Source: Anaeromyxobacter sp.
GTDB taxonomy: Bacteria > Myxococcota > Myxococcia > Myxococcales > Anaeromyxobacteraceae
Reading direction: 5' to 3'
NCBI GenBank assembly: GCA_049840735.1
Contig: JASGJN010000007.1
Span: 160,001-224,000, forward strand
Length of the DNA stretch: 64,000 nt
Shown: piece after piece, positions 27,506 through 38,836 of the stretch
Layout: each line of letters begins with the position of its first letter
Position numbering within the stretch: position 1 is the first letter of the stretch
Made by a program: the position numbers and the translations under genes
The notes under the pieces: model-generated
What the model saw: only the letters and a program-made list of their open reading frames with translations
What the model was told of the DNA's origin: nothing
Database searches by the model: none

Positions 27506-28441
27506 TCACCTGGCCGGGACGGGGTCGGCGCTGCGGGTGCGGTGGGCGCCGGCCAGCACGTGGGCGGCGAGATCGAGCGCCCCGCTGGCGGGGCGGAGGC
27601 GCGCCGCCGTCGCCGCCGCCGCCGCGGAGAGGCGGGTGGCCAGCAGCGGGGAGAGCAGCGGGTGGAAGCGCAGCCCCACGTCGAACGGGACCAGCGAGAA
27701 GCCCAGCTCGCGCTTGTAGAGGTCGAGGCGATCCCCGCTCCGGAGCGACGGGAAGCCGGCCTCGGCCAGCTGCAGGCCGGGGTCGGCGCCGGCGCGCTGC
27801 AGCGCCCAGCAGTCGAGGGCCAGGGGCACGTTGCGCCGGAGCGCCTCGTCCCGCGCGTTCTTGTAGAGCAGGTGCAGCCAGCGCCCCTCGCGCAGGGTGA
27901 GCAGGTAGGCCTCGAGCCGGCCGTCCACGAACCCGCCCAGCGCCGACACCTCCGGGCAGCGCCGCACCGCCGCCACGAAGCGGCGCCAGCCGGCCGGGTC
28001 GCCGAACTCGGGATCGAAGCGGCCGTGGCGGGCCATGGTCTCGAGGTTCAGCTCCAGCCCCAGCGCCTCGAGCTCGTCCGGCGCCAGCTCGCGGCAGGCG
28101 GTGGTCTCGAGCCCGCGGCGCGCCCGGCGGCGGCGCTCCGCCTGCAGCCGGTCCAGCCCGAAGCCGGGCAGCCACAGGGCGTAGAGCCCGCCGGGCCAGC
28201 CCGGCTGCGTGAGGGTCGGGTACCGGACCGCCCAGGCGCGCTCGCGCCGCAGCGCGGCCGCCACCGCGGCCGGATCCAGGTCCACCCGGCGCTGCCAGGG
28301 GAGGCTGATGTGGAAGGGGCCCCGGTACTCGGCGAAGGCCACCCCGCAGACCTCGAAGACCCGCTTGCCGCGCGCCTCCGCGAAGCGCGCGGCCGCGCGG
28401 CCGGGGTCGTCCCCGGCGGCGAGATCGACGAGCGGCCGCAT
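27506..28441 (-). CDS. Hypothetical protein, probable degenerate FemAB/GNAT fold
   Basis: RRRARRGLE and LDLYKRELGF resemble Fem-type motifs; overlaps the upstream gene in the operon. Confidence 0.55.
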   Translation of the reverse strand: MRPLVDLAAGDDPGRAAARFAEARGKRVFEVCGVAFAEYRGPFHISLPWQRRVDLDPAAVAAALRRERAWAVRYPTLTQPGWPGGLYALWLPGFGLDRLQAERRRRARRGLETTACRELAPDELEALGLELNLETMARHGRFDPEFGDPAGWRRFVAAVRRCPEVSALGGFVDGRLEAYLLTLREGRWLHLLYKNARDEALRRNVPLALDCWALQRAGADPGLQLAEAGFPSLRSGDRLDLYKRELGFSLVPFDVGLRFHPLLSPLLATRLSAAAAATAARLRPASGALDLAAHVLAGAHRTRSADPVPAR

Positions 28442-29103
28442 CACGCCTGGCCCCGCGGGCCGGCGCCGGCCTGGTGGCGCGCGCGCAGGTGCTCGACCGG
28501 GAAGCCGAGCTGTGGGCCGTCCTCGGTCGAGCGGGCGTCGGAGCGGCGGATGACCTGCCACGCCGTGCGGAGCAGGATGCGCAGGTCCAGCCCCAGGCTC
28601 CAGTGGTCGACGTACCAGGTGTCCAGCGCCAGCCGCGCGCGGAACGGGAGGGTGTTGCGTCCGTGGACGGCCGCCCAGCCGGTCAGCCCGGGGCGCAGGT
28701 CGTGGCGGCGCGCCTCGTCGGGCGTGTAGAGGTCGAGGTACTCGGTGAGCAGCGGGCGCGGCCCCACCAGGCTCATGTCCCCGCGCAGCACGTTCCAGAG
28801 CTCGGGCAGCTCGTCCAGGCTGGTGGTCCGCAGGAAGCGGCCGAAGGGCGTGAGGCGCTGCTCCATGGTCTCGAACCACGCCTCGCCCGCCTGCGCCTGC
28901 CGCATGGTGCGGAACTTCAGGATGGTGAACGGCCGCCCGCCCCGCCCCGGCCGGACCTGGCGGAAGAGGATGGGCCGGCCGCTGGCGACGGCCACGCCCG
29001 CCGCCACGGCGGCCAGCACCGGCAGGAGGACCACCAGCCCGGCGGCGGCCCCGGCGACGTCAACGGCGCGCTTCACTGCCAGCGAGAACGGCGCATGCGG
29101 CAT
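28441..29103 (-). CDS. Initiating phosphoglycosyl transferase (PglC/EpsL-like)
   Basis: KRAVD, LFRQVRPG, KFRTM, SLDELPELWNVLRGDMSLVGPRP, PGLTGWA, DTWYV. Confidence 0.92.
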   Translation of the reverse strand: MPHAPFSLAVKRAVDVAGAAAGLVVLLPVLAAVAAGVAVASGRPILFRQVRPGRGGRPFTILKFRTMRQAQAGEAWFETMEQRLTPFGRFLRTTSLDELPELWNVLRGDMSLVGPRPLLTEYLDLYTPDEARRHDLRPGLTGWAAVHGRNTLPFRARLALDTWYVDHWSLGLDLRILLRTAWQVIRRSDARSTEDGPQLGFPVEHLRARHQAGAGPRGQA

Positions 29104-29317
29104 CTGGGCCTCCTGGATGGGAAGTGGGAGCGGCGGCCGGGATCGAGCGGGGCGCGTGAACCTAGGGAGTGCACCGCGACGAGCGACATCCCCACGGCGG
29201 GGAGACCTGGGAGCGCGGCGGCGCCCGGGGAGCGCACGGGCTGGCAGGGCCAGGCGGCGCGGCGGAGGTGCCGTGGCGCTGCAGCGGCCACATGTTGCCG
29301 GCTCGGAGGAGGGGACG

Positions 29318-30601
29318 ATGGCGGAGGGCGCCGCTGCGGTGATGGGAGCGGCGCCCGCGCGCCCCGGCGCGGCGTCGCTGCGCGACAACTTCCTCTGGAC
29401 GCTGGCCGGCAACGGCGTGGGCGCAGCGGCGCAGTGGCTCCTGCTGGTGGTGGTGGCCCGGCTCGCGGGCGAGCGGATGCTGGGCCAGCTCGCGCTGGCC
29501 ACCGCCACCGTGACCCCCATCTTTCTCTTCACCGGGCTGCAGCTGCGCGGCGTGGTCGCCACCGACGCCGCCGGGCAGTTCCGCTTCGCCGACTACCTGG
29601 GCGTGCGGGCGCTGGGCACGGCGGCCGGGCTGGCGCTGGCCGCGGCGGCGGCCGCCTGGTCGGGCCCCGGCGCCGCCCCGGTGGTGCTGGCCTTCGCGGC
29701 CGCCCGCGCGGTGGAGGCGCTGGCGGACGTGCACCAGGGCGTCCTGCAGCACCACGAGCGCATGCGCCCCATCGCCCGCTCGCTGATGGCGCGCGGCCTG
29801 CTCAGCGTCGCCATCGTGGGCGCGGTGCTGCGGGGCGGCGGCAGCCTGGCCGCCGGCCTGGCCCTCTTCGCGCTGGCCTCCGCGGCCTGGCTGGTGCTCC
29901 ACGACCTCCGGGTGGCGGCGCCGCTCCTGCGGGCGGACGGCGAGGCGCGCACGCCGCGGCTGCGGCGCGCGGGGGCGCGGCTGGTGGCCGCCACGCTGCC
30001 GCTGGGGGTGGTGGCGCTGGCCGTCTCGCTCCGCACCTACCTGCCGCGCCTCTTCGTCGAGCGCTCCGAGGGCACGGCCGAGCTGGGCATCTTCGCCGCG
30101 CTGGCCTCCTTCGTCATGACCGGGACGCTGGTGGTCTCGGCGCTGGGGCAGTCGGCCGTGCCGCGCCTGGCCCGCCACTTCCACCTCGGCGAGCTGGGCC
30201 GCTTCCGCGGGCTGCTGGTGCGCCTGGAGCTCTTGGCGCTGGGGCTGGGCCTGGCCGGCGTGGCGGTGGCCCGGCTGCTGGGGGAGCCGCTGCTCAGGCT
30301 GGTCTTCGGGCCGGCCTACGCCGCCCGGGCGCCGGTGCTGGTCTGGCTGATGGGCGCAGGGCTGGTGGCCTACACGGTCTCCTTCCTGGGCTACGCGCTG
30401 ACCGCGGCGCGCCGCTTCGCGGTGCAGCTGCCCATCTTCGTCGCCACCGCCGCGGCCACCGCCGCCGCCTGCGCCTGGCTGGTCCCGGCCCACGGGCTGG
30501 CCGGGGCGGCCTGGGCCTGGGGGGCCTCGCTGGTGGTGGAGTGGGGGCTGACGGCGCTGGCCCTGACGGCGGCGCTCCGGGCCAGGGGGCGCGCCGCGTG
30601 A
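29318..30601 (+). CDS. wzx: Wzx-type oligosaccharide flippase
   Basis: Many hydrophobic segments, NFLWTLAGN start, ELGIFAA; GGAGGAGG RBS; EPS context. Confidence 0.75.
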   Translation: MAEGAAAVMGAAPARPGAASLRDNFLWTLAGNGVGAAAQWLLLVVVARLAGERMLGQLALATATVTPIFLFTGLQLRGVVATDAAGQFRFADYLGVRALGTAAGLALAAAAAAWSGPGAAPVVLAFAAARAVEALADVHQGVLQHHERMRPIARSLMARGLLSVAIVGAVLRGGGSLAAGLALFALASAAWLVLHDLRVAAPLLRADGEARTPRLRRAGARLVAATLPLGVVALAVSLRTYLPRLFVERSEGTAELGIFAALASFVMTGTLVVSALGQSAVPRLARHFHLGELGRFRGLLVRLELLALGLGLAGVAVARLLGEPLLRLVFGPAYAARAPVLVWLMGAGLVAYTVSFLGYALTAARRFAVQLPIFVATAAATAAACAWLVPAHGLAGAAWAWGASLVVEWGLTALALTAALRARGRAA

Positions 30602-31974
30602 CCAGGGCCGGGTCGGAGGCGCGGGCGGGCACCGCCGTCCTGGCCGCGCTGCTGGTGGGCGCGGTGGTCTTCCCCGCGGCGTGGGCCCCGGTGCCGGCGG
30701 CGCTGGTCTGGCTGCTCTGCCTCCGATCGCTGTCGCGGGCCCACCCGGCCGGCGCGCTGTCGCTGGGCACCCTCTACCTGGTGCTGCTGGGGCTCTTCCA
30801 CCTGGGCGTGGTGGTGCCGGTGTCGCTCGGGGTGGGCGTGCGCTCGCCGCCGGGGTGGACCCGCTCGCCCTTCCTGCCGGAGGCGCTCGGGTACTTCACC
30901 GCGGCGGTGCTGGCGTTCACGCTGGGGGCCCGGCACCGCGGGCGGGGCGCGGCGCGCGCCCAGCAGGTCCCGGCGGCGCAGCCCCACCTGTTCCTGGCCG
31001 GCGCGGCGGTGGCCGCGATGGGCGCGGCGCTGCTCTGGATCGGCGTCTGGAAGCTGGGGCTGCTCCAGGCCAGCTACGCCGAGTACTTCGAGCGCGCCAT
31101 GCGCACCGACGTCCGCTTCTTCGGGTTCGGCATGATGCTGTTCCCCATCGGCGTGGTGATCGGGGCCTGCGGCGCCAACCGGCGCCAGCTCTGGGGGCTG
31201 GGGGTGCTGCTGGCGCTGACGCTGGGGCCGCTCTTCTTCCGCGGCTTCCGCGGGCCGGTGCTGGTGCAGGCCACGGCGCTGCTGGCGGTCTGGGCGCGCA
31301 AGGACCTCCGCTCGGCGCGCCGGCTGGCGCTGGGGGGGCTGGTGTTGGTGATGGTGGCGGCCCCCGCCATCCGCGCCACCCGCAACCAGGGCGAGGATCC
31401 CGCCACCGGCGAGCGCGGCTTCCAGCCGCTGGCGCTCGTCAGCGAGACCGGCGGCTCGCTCTACCCGCTGATCGTGACGGTGGAGGCGCGCGCCGCGGCG
31501 GCCGAGCCGCTCTGGCTCGGCCGCTCCTACCTCATGAGCATCCAGCGCATCGTCCCCAACGTCAGCGCGCGCTGGCGCGGCCCCACCTCGCGCACGCTCA
31601 CCCCCTCGGTCTGGGCCACCCGGCGGGTGAACCCCTGGGCCTACGAGAACGGCGGCGGGATCGGCTTCTCCGGCGTGGCCGAGCCGTACCTCAACTTCGG
31701 CGGCCTCGGCCTGGTGGCGGTCTTCTTCGTGCTGGGCGGGCTGGTGCGGCGCTGGGACGGCTGGCTGGGCAGCCACCCGTTCCGAGGCGCCGCCGGCGCG
31801 GCCACCTTCGGCTTCGTGCTCTGGACGGTCCGCAACGACGGCATGGAGCTGTTCCGCGCCGCGACCATCTCCATGCTGGTGGCCGGGGGCGCGTGGCTGC
31901 TGAACCAGCTCCAGCGCCGCCACCACCCCGGCGGCGCGCTCCGCGATCCGCGCCTCTCCCCCGCCGCGACCTGA
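30598..31974 (+). CDS. wzy: Wzy-type polysaccharide polymerase
   Basis: Multi-TM protein; GFRG, LWLGRSY, GGIGFSGVAEPYLNFG, VRND. Confidence 0.75.
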   Translation: MTRAGSEARAGTAVLAALLVGAVVFPAAWAPVPAALVWLLCLRSLSRAHPAGALSLGTLYLVLLGLFHLGVVVPVSLGVGVRSPPGWTRSPFLPEALGYFTAAVLAFTLGARHRGRGAARAQQVPAAQPHLFLAGAAVAAMGAALLWIGVWKLGLLQASYAEYFERAMRTDVRFFGFGMMLFPIGVVIGACGANRRQLWGLGVLLALTLGPLFFRGFRGPVLVQATALLAVWARKDLRSARRLALGGLVLVMVAAPAIRATRNQGEDPATGERGFQPLALVSETGGSLYPLIVTVEARAAAAEPLWLGRSYLMSIQRIVPNVSARWRGPTSRTLTPSVWATRRVNPWAYENGGGIGFSGVAEPYLNFGGLGLVAVFFVLGGLVRRWDGWLGSHPFRGAAGAATFGFVLWTVRNDGMELFRAATISMLVAGGAWLLNQLQRRHHPGGALRDPRLSPAAT

Positions 31975-32212
31975 GCGCGGAGTCCCGTCACTGACCGTGT
32001 AGACGTCGCCGGCGCGGTCCGCGCGGCGCGCGTCCGGCTCGCACCCGGACGCGCGGTTGCATGCGCGCGCGCCCTACGGCGCGGCCTTTCCTCGCACCTG
32101 CCTGCCCGTGGTCCTCTCCCAGGGTCCCTCGGTCGCGTGACGCGCGCCCAGGGGACCCACCGCGGCGGAGCCCTCCGGCCAACCGCTCGCTCGCCAGGAG
32201 AGGTGATCAGGC

Positions 32213-34740
32213 ATGATGCGTCGTCGCAGCGTCTCCCGCCGTCCCACGGTCGCTCGCGCGCCGTGGCTGTCCCTTCGACCCTGCGCCGGGCTGCTGGCCC
32301 TGGCGCTCCTGGCCGCCTGCGGCGGCAGCGGGGAGGATGGGGACGGGCTGGAGCAGGTGCCGCCCCCGGCCGATCCCGCCCTGGCGGCAGGCTGCGTGAG
32401 CGCGTCGGCGCCGGGCGGCTACGTCGGGCAGGCGCTGGGGAGGCAGGCCGGCGTCTTCGAGGTGGTCTGGACCGCGACGCCCTCGGCGGCCAAGGTGGAC
32501 GCGGCGGTCGCGCTCTCCAGCGGCTTCGTGACGGGCAAGGGCTGGGCGCCCCTGGCCGCCATCGTCCGCTTCAACACCTCCGGCACCATCGACGCCTACA
32601 ACGGCACCGGCTACACGGCCGCGGCGCGCGTGCCCTACGCGGCCGGCGCGCGCTACCGCGTCCGCGTGGTGGCCAGCGTCCCTGCGCACACCTACTCGGC
32701 CTGGGTCACGCCGCCGGGCGGCGCCGAGCAGGTCCTCGCCAGCAACTACGCGTTCCGCAGCGGCCAGGGGGCGGTGACCAGCCTTGACACCTGGGTGACC
32801 GCGGCCTCCTCGGTCGGCCGGCTGGACGCCTGCCTGGCCTCGGTGGGCCCGCTGGTCGGCCGGCTGTCCGCCAGCCCGGGCGCGGTCGCCTTCGGCGACG
32901 TGGCGGTAGGGGCCCGCCTCTCGCGCACGGTCAGCCTCTCCAACGCCGGGAACGCCGACCTGACCATCTCCTCCCTGGCCACCTCCGGCGCCGGCCTGGC
33001 CGCCTCCGGGCTGGCCACCCCCGCCACGCTGAAGCCTGGCGAGAGCCGCACGCTGACCCTCACCTTCGCCCCCACCGCGGCGGGCACCCTCGGCGGCGCG
33101 GGTCTCGGTGGCCAGCAACGGCCAGCCCTCGCCGCTGGTGGTGTCGGCCACCGGCAACGGCGTCCAGTCCGCCCCCACCGCGACGCCCCCGCCGGCCGGC
33201 GTGGTCCCGGCCTTCCCCGGCGCCGAGGGCGGCGGCGCGCTCTCCCGCGGCGGCCGCGGCGGCGCCGTGCTGGAGGTGACCACCCTGGCCGACTCCGGCG
33301 CCGGCTCGCTGCGCGCCTGCGTGGCCGCCTCCGGGCCGCGCACCTGCGTGTTCCGCGTCTCCGGCACCATCCAGCTGCTCAGCACGCTCTGGATCATCAA
33401 CCCCTACCTGACCATCGCCGGCCAGACCGCGCCGGGCGACGGCATCCAGATCACCGGGCCGTTCTCCACCGGCAGCGCCGCCTCGGCTACAAACGCCGCC
33501 GGCGTCAACTCCATCGTGATCGGCACGCACGACGTGGTGCTGCGCTACCTGCGCATCCGCCGCGGCCTCATCAAGGAGGACCTCTGCGGCGGCGCCACCT
33601 GCGACTGGGCCCGCTGCCGCGCCGGCGACCGGCAGGGCACGGCCTGTCTCGTGTCCAACAAGCCCGACGGGCTGGGCTTCTCCCCCAACGCCACCGCCAA
33701 CGGCGCGGTCGAGAACGTGATCGTGGACCACGTCTCGTCGGAGTGGGCGGAGGGCAAGGCGTTCGGCGCCTGGAACAACGTCGGCGTGAACAAGCTCCGC
33801 AACGTCACCATCCAGTGGTGCCTGGCCTCGGAGGCGCTCAAGGCGCACTCCACCAACTTCATCGTCGGCTCCAACAACCCCGGGGGTGGAGTCCACCCGC
33901 GCCATCTCCAACTCCATCACCGACTTCGACTGGCACCACAACCTGACCATGAGCAGCTCGCACCGGCACCCGCTCATCAAGGCCAAGCGGTCGCGGTTCG
34001 TGAACAACGTGGTCTACAACTGGGGGGCCTTCGCCACGCAGATTGGCGGCGGCGCGCAGGTGGACCTGGTCTCCAACGTCTACCGCGCCGGCCCCATGAC
34101 GCCGCCCGGGCAGCACGAGATCCAGCTCTACCCCTGGACCGACAACACCACCACGCCCTCCGGCGACCCGTCCATCTACGCGGCCGGGAACATCGGCCCC
34201 AACAACGCCGACCCGGCCGCGAACAACTGGGGCCGGATGCTCTACTGGATCACCGGCGAGTCGGTGCCGGAGGGGCGGGCCGGTGAGTTCGTGCTCGACG
34301 GCAGCCAGTACCGGCGCACCGCGCCGCTGGCGGCGCAGGCGCTGCCCATCACCACCAGCCCGGCCGGCCAGGCGCTGGTGGACCAGGTGGCCACCTACGC
34401 CGGCGCGGCCCACCGGCTGGACTGCTCCGGGCGCTGGGTGGCGAACCGCGACGTGCTGGACCGGCGCATCGTGAACGACCTCCAGGGCGGCACCGGCCCC
34501 CGCACCAACGCCAGCGACTGCACGGGCTCCACCTGCCTGCCGCAGAGCGAGATCAACACGCCGGAGGGGAACTTCCCCACCTTCGTCTCCTCGGTGCCCT
34601 GCGCCGACGCCGATCACGACGGGATGCCGGACGCCTACGAGCTGGCGCGCGCCCTCAACCCGAACGACGCCAGCGACGGCAAGCAGGTGGGCAGCGACGG
34701 CTACACCAACCTGGAGCGTTACCTGGCCGGCACCTGGTGA
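32213..34740 (+). CDS. Pectate-lyase-like (PL1-type) lipoprotein with an Ig-like domain (frame breaks at ~33100 and ~33885)
   Basis: Lipobox LLAAC; AFPGAEGGG, GGRGG, DSGAGSLR, TIAGQTAPG, IVDHVS, RHP, NNVVYNW, DADHDGMPDAYE. Confidence 0.8.
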
Positions 34741-35951
34741 GCGGCGCCGGGTGGCGCGCGCGCGCCACCCGCCGCGCCCGCCCGGCGCGCCTCGACCTCC
34801 GCCCGGAAGCGGCGGACGAGCGCGTCGCGGCGGGCCTCCAGCGCCGGCCAGGCGTGATTGGCGGCGGCCTCCCAGTTGCGGCGGGCCGCCGCCGCCTGCG
34901 TCCCGGGGCTGCGCGCCAGCAGCGCCAGCCGCTCCGCCAGCCCGGCGGCGTCCCCGGGGCGGTGGAGCCAGCGGGGCTCGAGCAGCTCCGGGATCCCGCC
35001 CGCGGTGGAGCCCACCGCCGGCAGCGCCCGGCTCATGGCCTCGATGAGCGCCCGCGGCAGCCCCTCGGTCAGGCTCGGCGCCACGCAGGCGTCGAGCCCA
35101 TCCAGCCACCCGAGCACCCCGGCCCCCTGCGGCAGCGGACCGGCCAGCGTCACCTGCTCCGCCAGGCCCAGCGCCGCCGCCCGGGCGCGCCAGGGGGCGG
35201 CCTCGCCCACGCCGATGCAGCGGAGCGCGGCGGGGATCCCGGCCTGCCGCAGCCGCGCCAGCGCCTCCAGCGCCGTGGCGTGCCCCTTGTACCGGACGTC
35301 GTAGGAGCCGATCAGGCCGAACGTGAACGGCTGGCCCGGCGCCGCGGCGGCGATGCGCGCCAGCCGGCGCTCCAGCACCTCCGGGCGCGGGGGCTCGATC
35401 ATCACGTTGGAGGCCGCCACCCACTCGCCGCGGGGGCGGTAGCGCCGCTGCAGGTGCTCCCGCGTCACGTAGATGGAGCGCGGCGCGCGCGCGAGGTAGT
35501 GGCGGTTGAGCAGCAACATGGGCCAGGCCGCGGCCTTGCCGCGCCAGCTGCCGTGGTTCCAGAGCGCCTCGAAGGCGTCCCCCACCACCTCCGCCATCCA
35601 CGGGGTGCCGCGCCGCAGCGCCTCGCGGCAGCCCACCACGCCGGCCAGCCCGGGCATGCGCACCACCGCCCCGTCCGCGCGCGCCAGCACCTCGCGGGCG
35701 CGCGCCGCCAGCGCGGCGGCGTAGCGGGGCAGCGCCAGGCCGGAGGGGACGCAGGCGAACTCCACCCCCGGGCCGCTGGCCAGGCTGCGGCCGCGCCCGT
35801 CCCCCGGCTCCATGCGCGCCACCACCACCACCCGGTCGAAGTGGGCGAGGTAGCGGGCGAAGGCGCGGTAGGGGAGCGCCCCGCAGCTCCACCAGGTGCC
35901 GTCGCGGTCCAGGGTGAACCGCTCGTCGTGGAAGAAGGCGGCGGTCGGCAT
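34719..35951 (-). CDS. GT4 glycosyltransferase
   Basis: YKGH, PSLTEGLPRALIEAMSRALP, GGIPEL. Confidence 0.85.
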   Translation of the reverse strand: MPTAAFFHDERFTLDRDGTWWSCGALPYRAFARYLAHFDRVVVVARMEPGDGRGRSLASGPGVEFACVPSGLALPRYAAALAARAREVLARADGAVVRMPGLAGVVGCREALRRGTPWMAEVVGDAFEALWNHGSWRGKAAAWPMLLLNRHYLARAPRSIYVTREHLQRRYRPRGEWVAASNVMIEPPRPEVLERRLARIAAAAPGQPFTFGLIGSYDVRYKGHATALEALARLRQAGIPAALRCIGVGEAAPWRARAAALGLAEQVTLAGPLPQGAGVLGWLDGLDACVAPSLTEGLPRALIEAMSRALPAVGSTAGGIPELLEPRWLHRPGDAAGLAERLALLARSPGTQAAAARRNWEAAANHAWPALEARRDALVRRFRAEVEARRAGAAGGARAPPGAAHQVPAR

Positions 35952-36054
35952 GGGGAGTCCTCCGGTCCGGAGACAATCTAGGCGCCCGCACGACCCGGGC
36001 CCGCGTTGCCGCCCTTCCCGCCGCGCCTTAGCTTCGCCACCCGGGGGGTGGACG

Positions 36055-37174
36055 GTGGAACGGGCGCGCGTGCTCCACGTGGTAGGTCGCATGGGGCGCG
36101 GCGGCGTGGAGACCTGGCTGCTCCAGGTGCTCCGCGCGGCCAGCCCCGGCGTGGCCATGGACTTCCTGGTCACGAGCGCAGCGCCGGGCGAGCACGACGC
36201 CGAGCTGCGGCGGCTGGGCGCCCAGGTGCTCCCCGTCCCCCCGCCCGGCCGCCCGCTGGCCTTCGCGCGGGCCTTCCGCGAGCGGCTGGCCGCGCACGGC
36301 CCCTACGGCGTCGTGCACAGCCACCTGCACCATTTCAGCGGCGTGGTGCTGGCGCTGGCCCACCGGGCCGGGGTGCCGATCCGGATCGCCCACAGCCACT
36401 CCGACACGCGCGCGGTGGACGCCGCGGCCTCGCCGCTGCGCCGCGCCTACCTGCGCCTCACCGAGGCGCTGGTCCGGCGCCACGCCACGGCCGGGTTCGC
36501 CGCCAGCGCCGGCGCCGCGGCCGCGCTGTTCGGCGAGGCCTGGCGCGAGGACGCCCGCTGGCGCATCGCCCGCTGCGGCCTGGACTTCGGCGCCTTCCGC
36601 GCGCCCGCCGATCGCGCCGCCGTGCGCGCCTCGCTGGGGCTGCCGCCGGACGCGCTGGTGATCGGCCACGTCGGGCGGTTCGACGACTGCAAGAACCAGC
36701 GGCTGCTGGTGGAGGTGGCCGCCTGGCTGCGCGCGCGCGCCGCGGGCGCGGGTGGTGCTGGTGGGGGACGGCCCGCTGCGCGCCGAGCTGCAGGCCGAGG
36801 CGGCGCGGCGCGGGGTGGGGGACCGGGTGATCTTCGCCGGGGCGAGGGGGGACGTGCCCATGCTGCTGCAGGCGTTCGACGTCTTCGCGCTGCCGTCGCT
36901 GCGCGAGGGGCTGCCGCTGGTGGGGCTGGAGGCGCAGGCGGCGGGCCGGCCGCTGGTGCTGGCCGACCACATCACGCGCGAGCTGGTGGTGGTGCCGGAG
37001 CTGTTCAGCTGGGTGCCGGTGGAGGCGCCGGCCGCGGCCTGGGGAGAGGCGCTGCTGCACGCCGCGGAGCGGCCGCCGGCGGCGGGAGACCCTGTGGCGG
37101 CGCTGGAGCGGAGCGAGTTCGCGCTGGCGCGGTCGCTGCCGGGGCTGCTCCACGCCTGGGCGGCGGCGGCGTGA
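36055..37174 (+). CDS. GT4 glycosyltransferase, EpsF-like (frame break at ~36745)
   Basis: VLHVVGRMGRGGVETW, VVHSH, RIAHSH, GHVGRF..KNQ, PSLREGLPLVGLEAQAAG. Confidence 0.85.
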
Positions 37175-38836
37175 GCCGCGCGCGCGCTGGCCCCGCCTGC
37201 AGGCAATCGCGCTGGCCGCGCTGGCAGGGCGCGCCTGCGGCCCGGCCACCACCAGCCCGGGTCCGGTGGCCCGGGCCACCGCGGCGCTGGCGGCCTTCCC
37301 GGGCGCCGAGGGCGGCGGGGCGCTCGCGGCGGGCGGCCGGGGCGGTGTCGGCGGTGGAGGTGACCGCGCTGGACGACGCCGGGCAGGGCTCGCTGCGCGC
37401 CTGCGTGGAGCGGGTCGGCCCGCGGACCTGCGTCTTCCGCGTGGCCGGCACCATCGTGCTGCGCACGCCGCTGCAGGTCGAGGCGCCGTTCCTGACCATC
37501 GCCGGCCAGACGGCGCCCGGCGGCGTCCAGCTGGTGGGCCCGTTCTCGACCGGGCAGCCCGACTTCGAATCCGCAACACCCCCGGCGCCAGCACGGTGGT
37601 CGTCTCCACCCATGACGTGGTGATCCGCTACCTGCGGAATCCGGCACGGGCTGGTGCTGGGCGACCTCTGCGCTGGCGCGGGCTGCGACCCGCTCCGCTG
37701 CCGCTCCGGCGACCGCCAGGGCGGCGCCTGCCGCGTGGCGGCCAAGCCGGACGGCATCACCCTGACGCCCGGGCGCGGCCCGGACGGCGCGGTGGAGCGG
37801 GTGATGCTCGACCACGTCTCGGTGGCCTGGAGCAGCGGCAAGGCCTTCGGCGCCTGGAACAACCAGGCGCCGGACCGGCTGCGCAGCGTCACCATCATCC
37901 AGTGGAGCCTGGCGGCCGAGTCGCTCAAGGGGCACTCCACCAGCCTCATCGTGGGCTCGGACGACCCGCGCACCGGCGACGCCCGGCCCCTCTCCGACTC
38001 CATCACCGACTTCGACTGGCACCACGGCCTGAGCATGAGCAGCTCGCACCGCCACCCGCTCATCAAGGCCCGCAGCGCACGGTTCGTGAACAACCTGGTC
38101 TACAACTGGTCGTTCTACGCCACGCAGAATCGGCGGCGGGGCCCAGGTGGACCTGATCGGGAACGTCTACAAGGCGGGCCCCATGACCCGCAGCGGCCAC
38201 GTGGTGCAGGCCTATCCGGCCGAGGCCAACCGGACCGTCCCCTCCGGCCTGCTCTCGCTCCACCTGGACGGGAACGTCGCGCCCGGCCACGCCGACCCCG
38301 CCGCCGACGGCTGGGGCGCGCTCACCGCCGCGGTGCCGGACGAGAACGCCGACGAGGGTGGGCCGCTGGACACGGCGCTGCGGCGCGCGACGCCGCTCCC
38401 CGCGCCTGGGCGGGCCCTCACCGTGGACAAGGCCGGGCCGGCGCTGGAGGCGGCCGTGCTGGCCACGGTGGGCGCCTCGCGCCGGCTCGGCTGCGACGGG
38501 CGCTGGGTGGACGCGCGGGACGCGCTGGACCGCCGGCTGGTGCAGGACTACCGGGACGGGACCGGGCCGCGCCACGCGCAGGGGAGCTGCACCGGCGGGG
38601 GTTGCCTGCCGCAGAGCGAGCTGGACACGCCCGAGGCCGGCTTCCCCGACCAGCCCACCGCCGAGGCCTGCCCGGACGGAGATCACGACGGCCTGCCCGA
38701 CGCCTGGGAGGCCGCGCACGGGCTCGACCCCGCCGACCCTGCCGATGCGCGGGCGGCGCTGCCCGACGGCACCACGCAGCTGGAGACCTACCTGGCCGGC
38801 GAGGAGTCGCCGGCCTCGCGCCGGGCCGGGCGCTGA
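37171..38836 (+). CDS. Second pectate-lyase-like protein, paralogue of 32213-34740 (about 4 frame breaks; start uncertain)
   Basis: AFPGAEGGG, TIAGQTAPGG, MLDHVS, SITDFDWHH..MSSSHRHPLIKA, DGDHDGLPDAWE. Confidence 0.72.
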
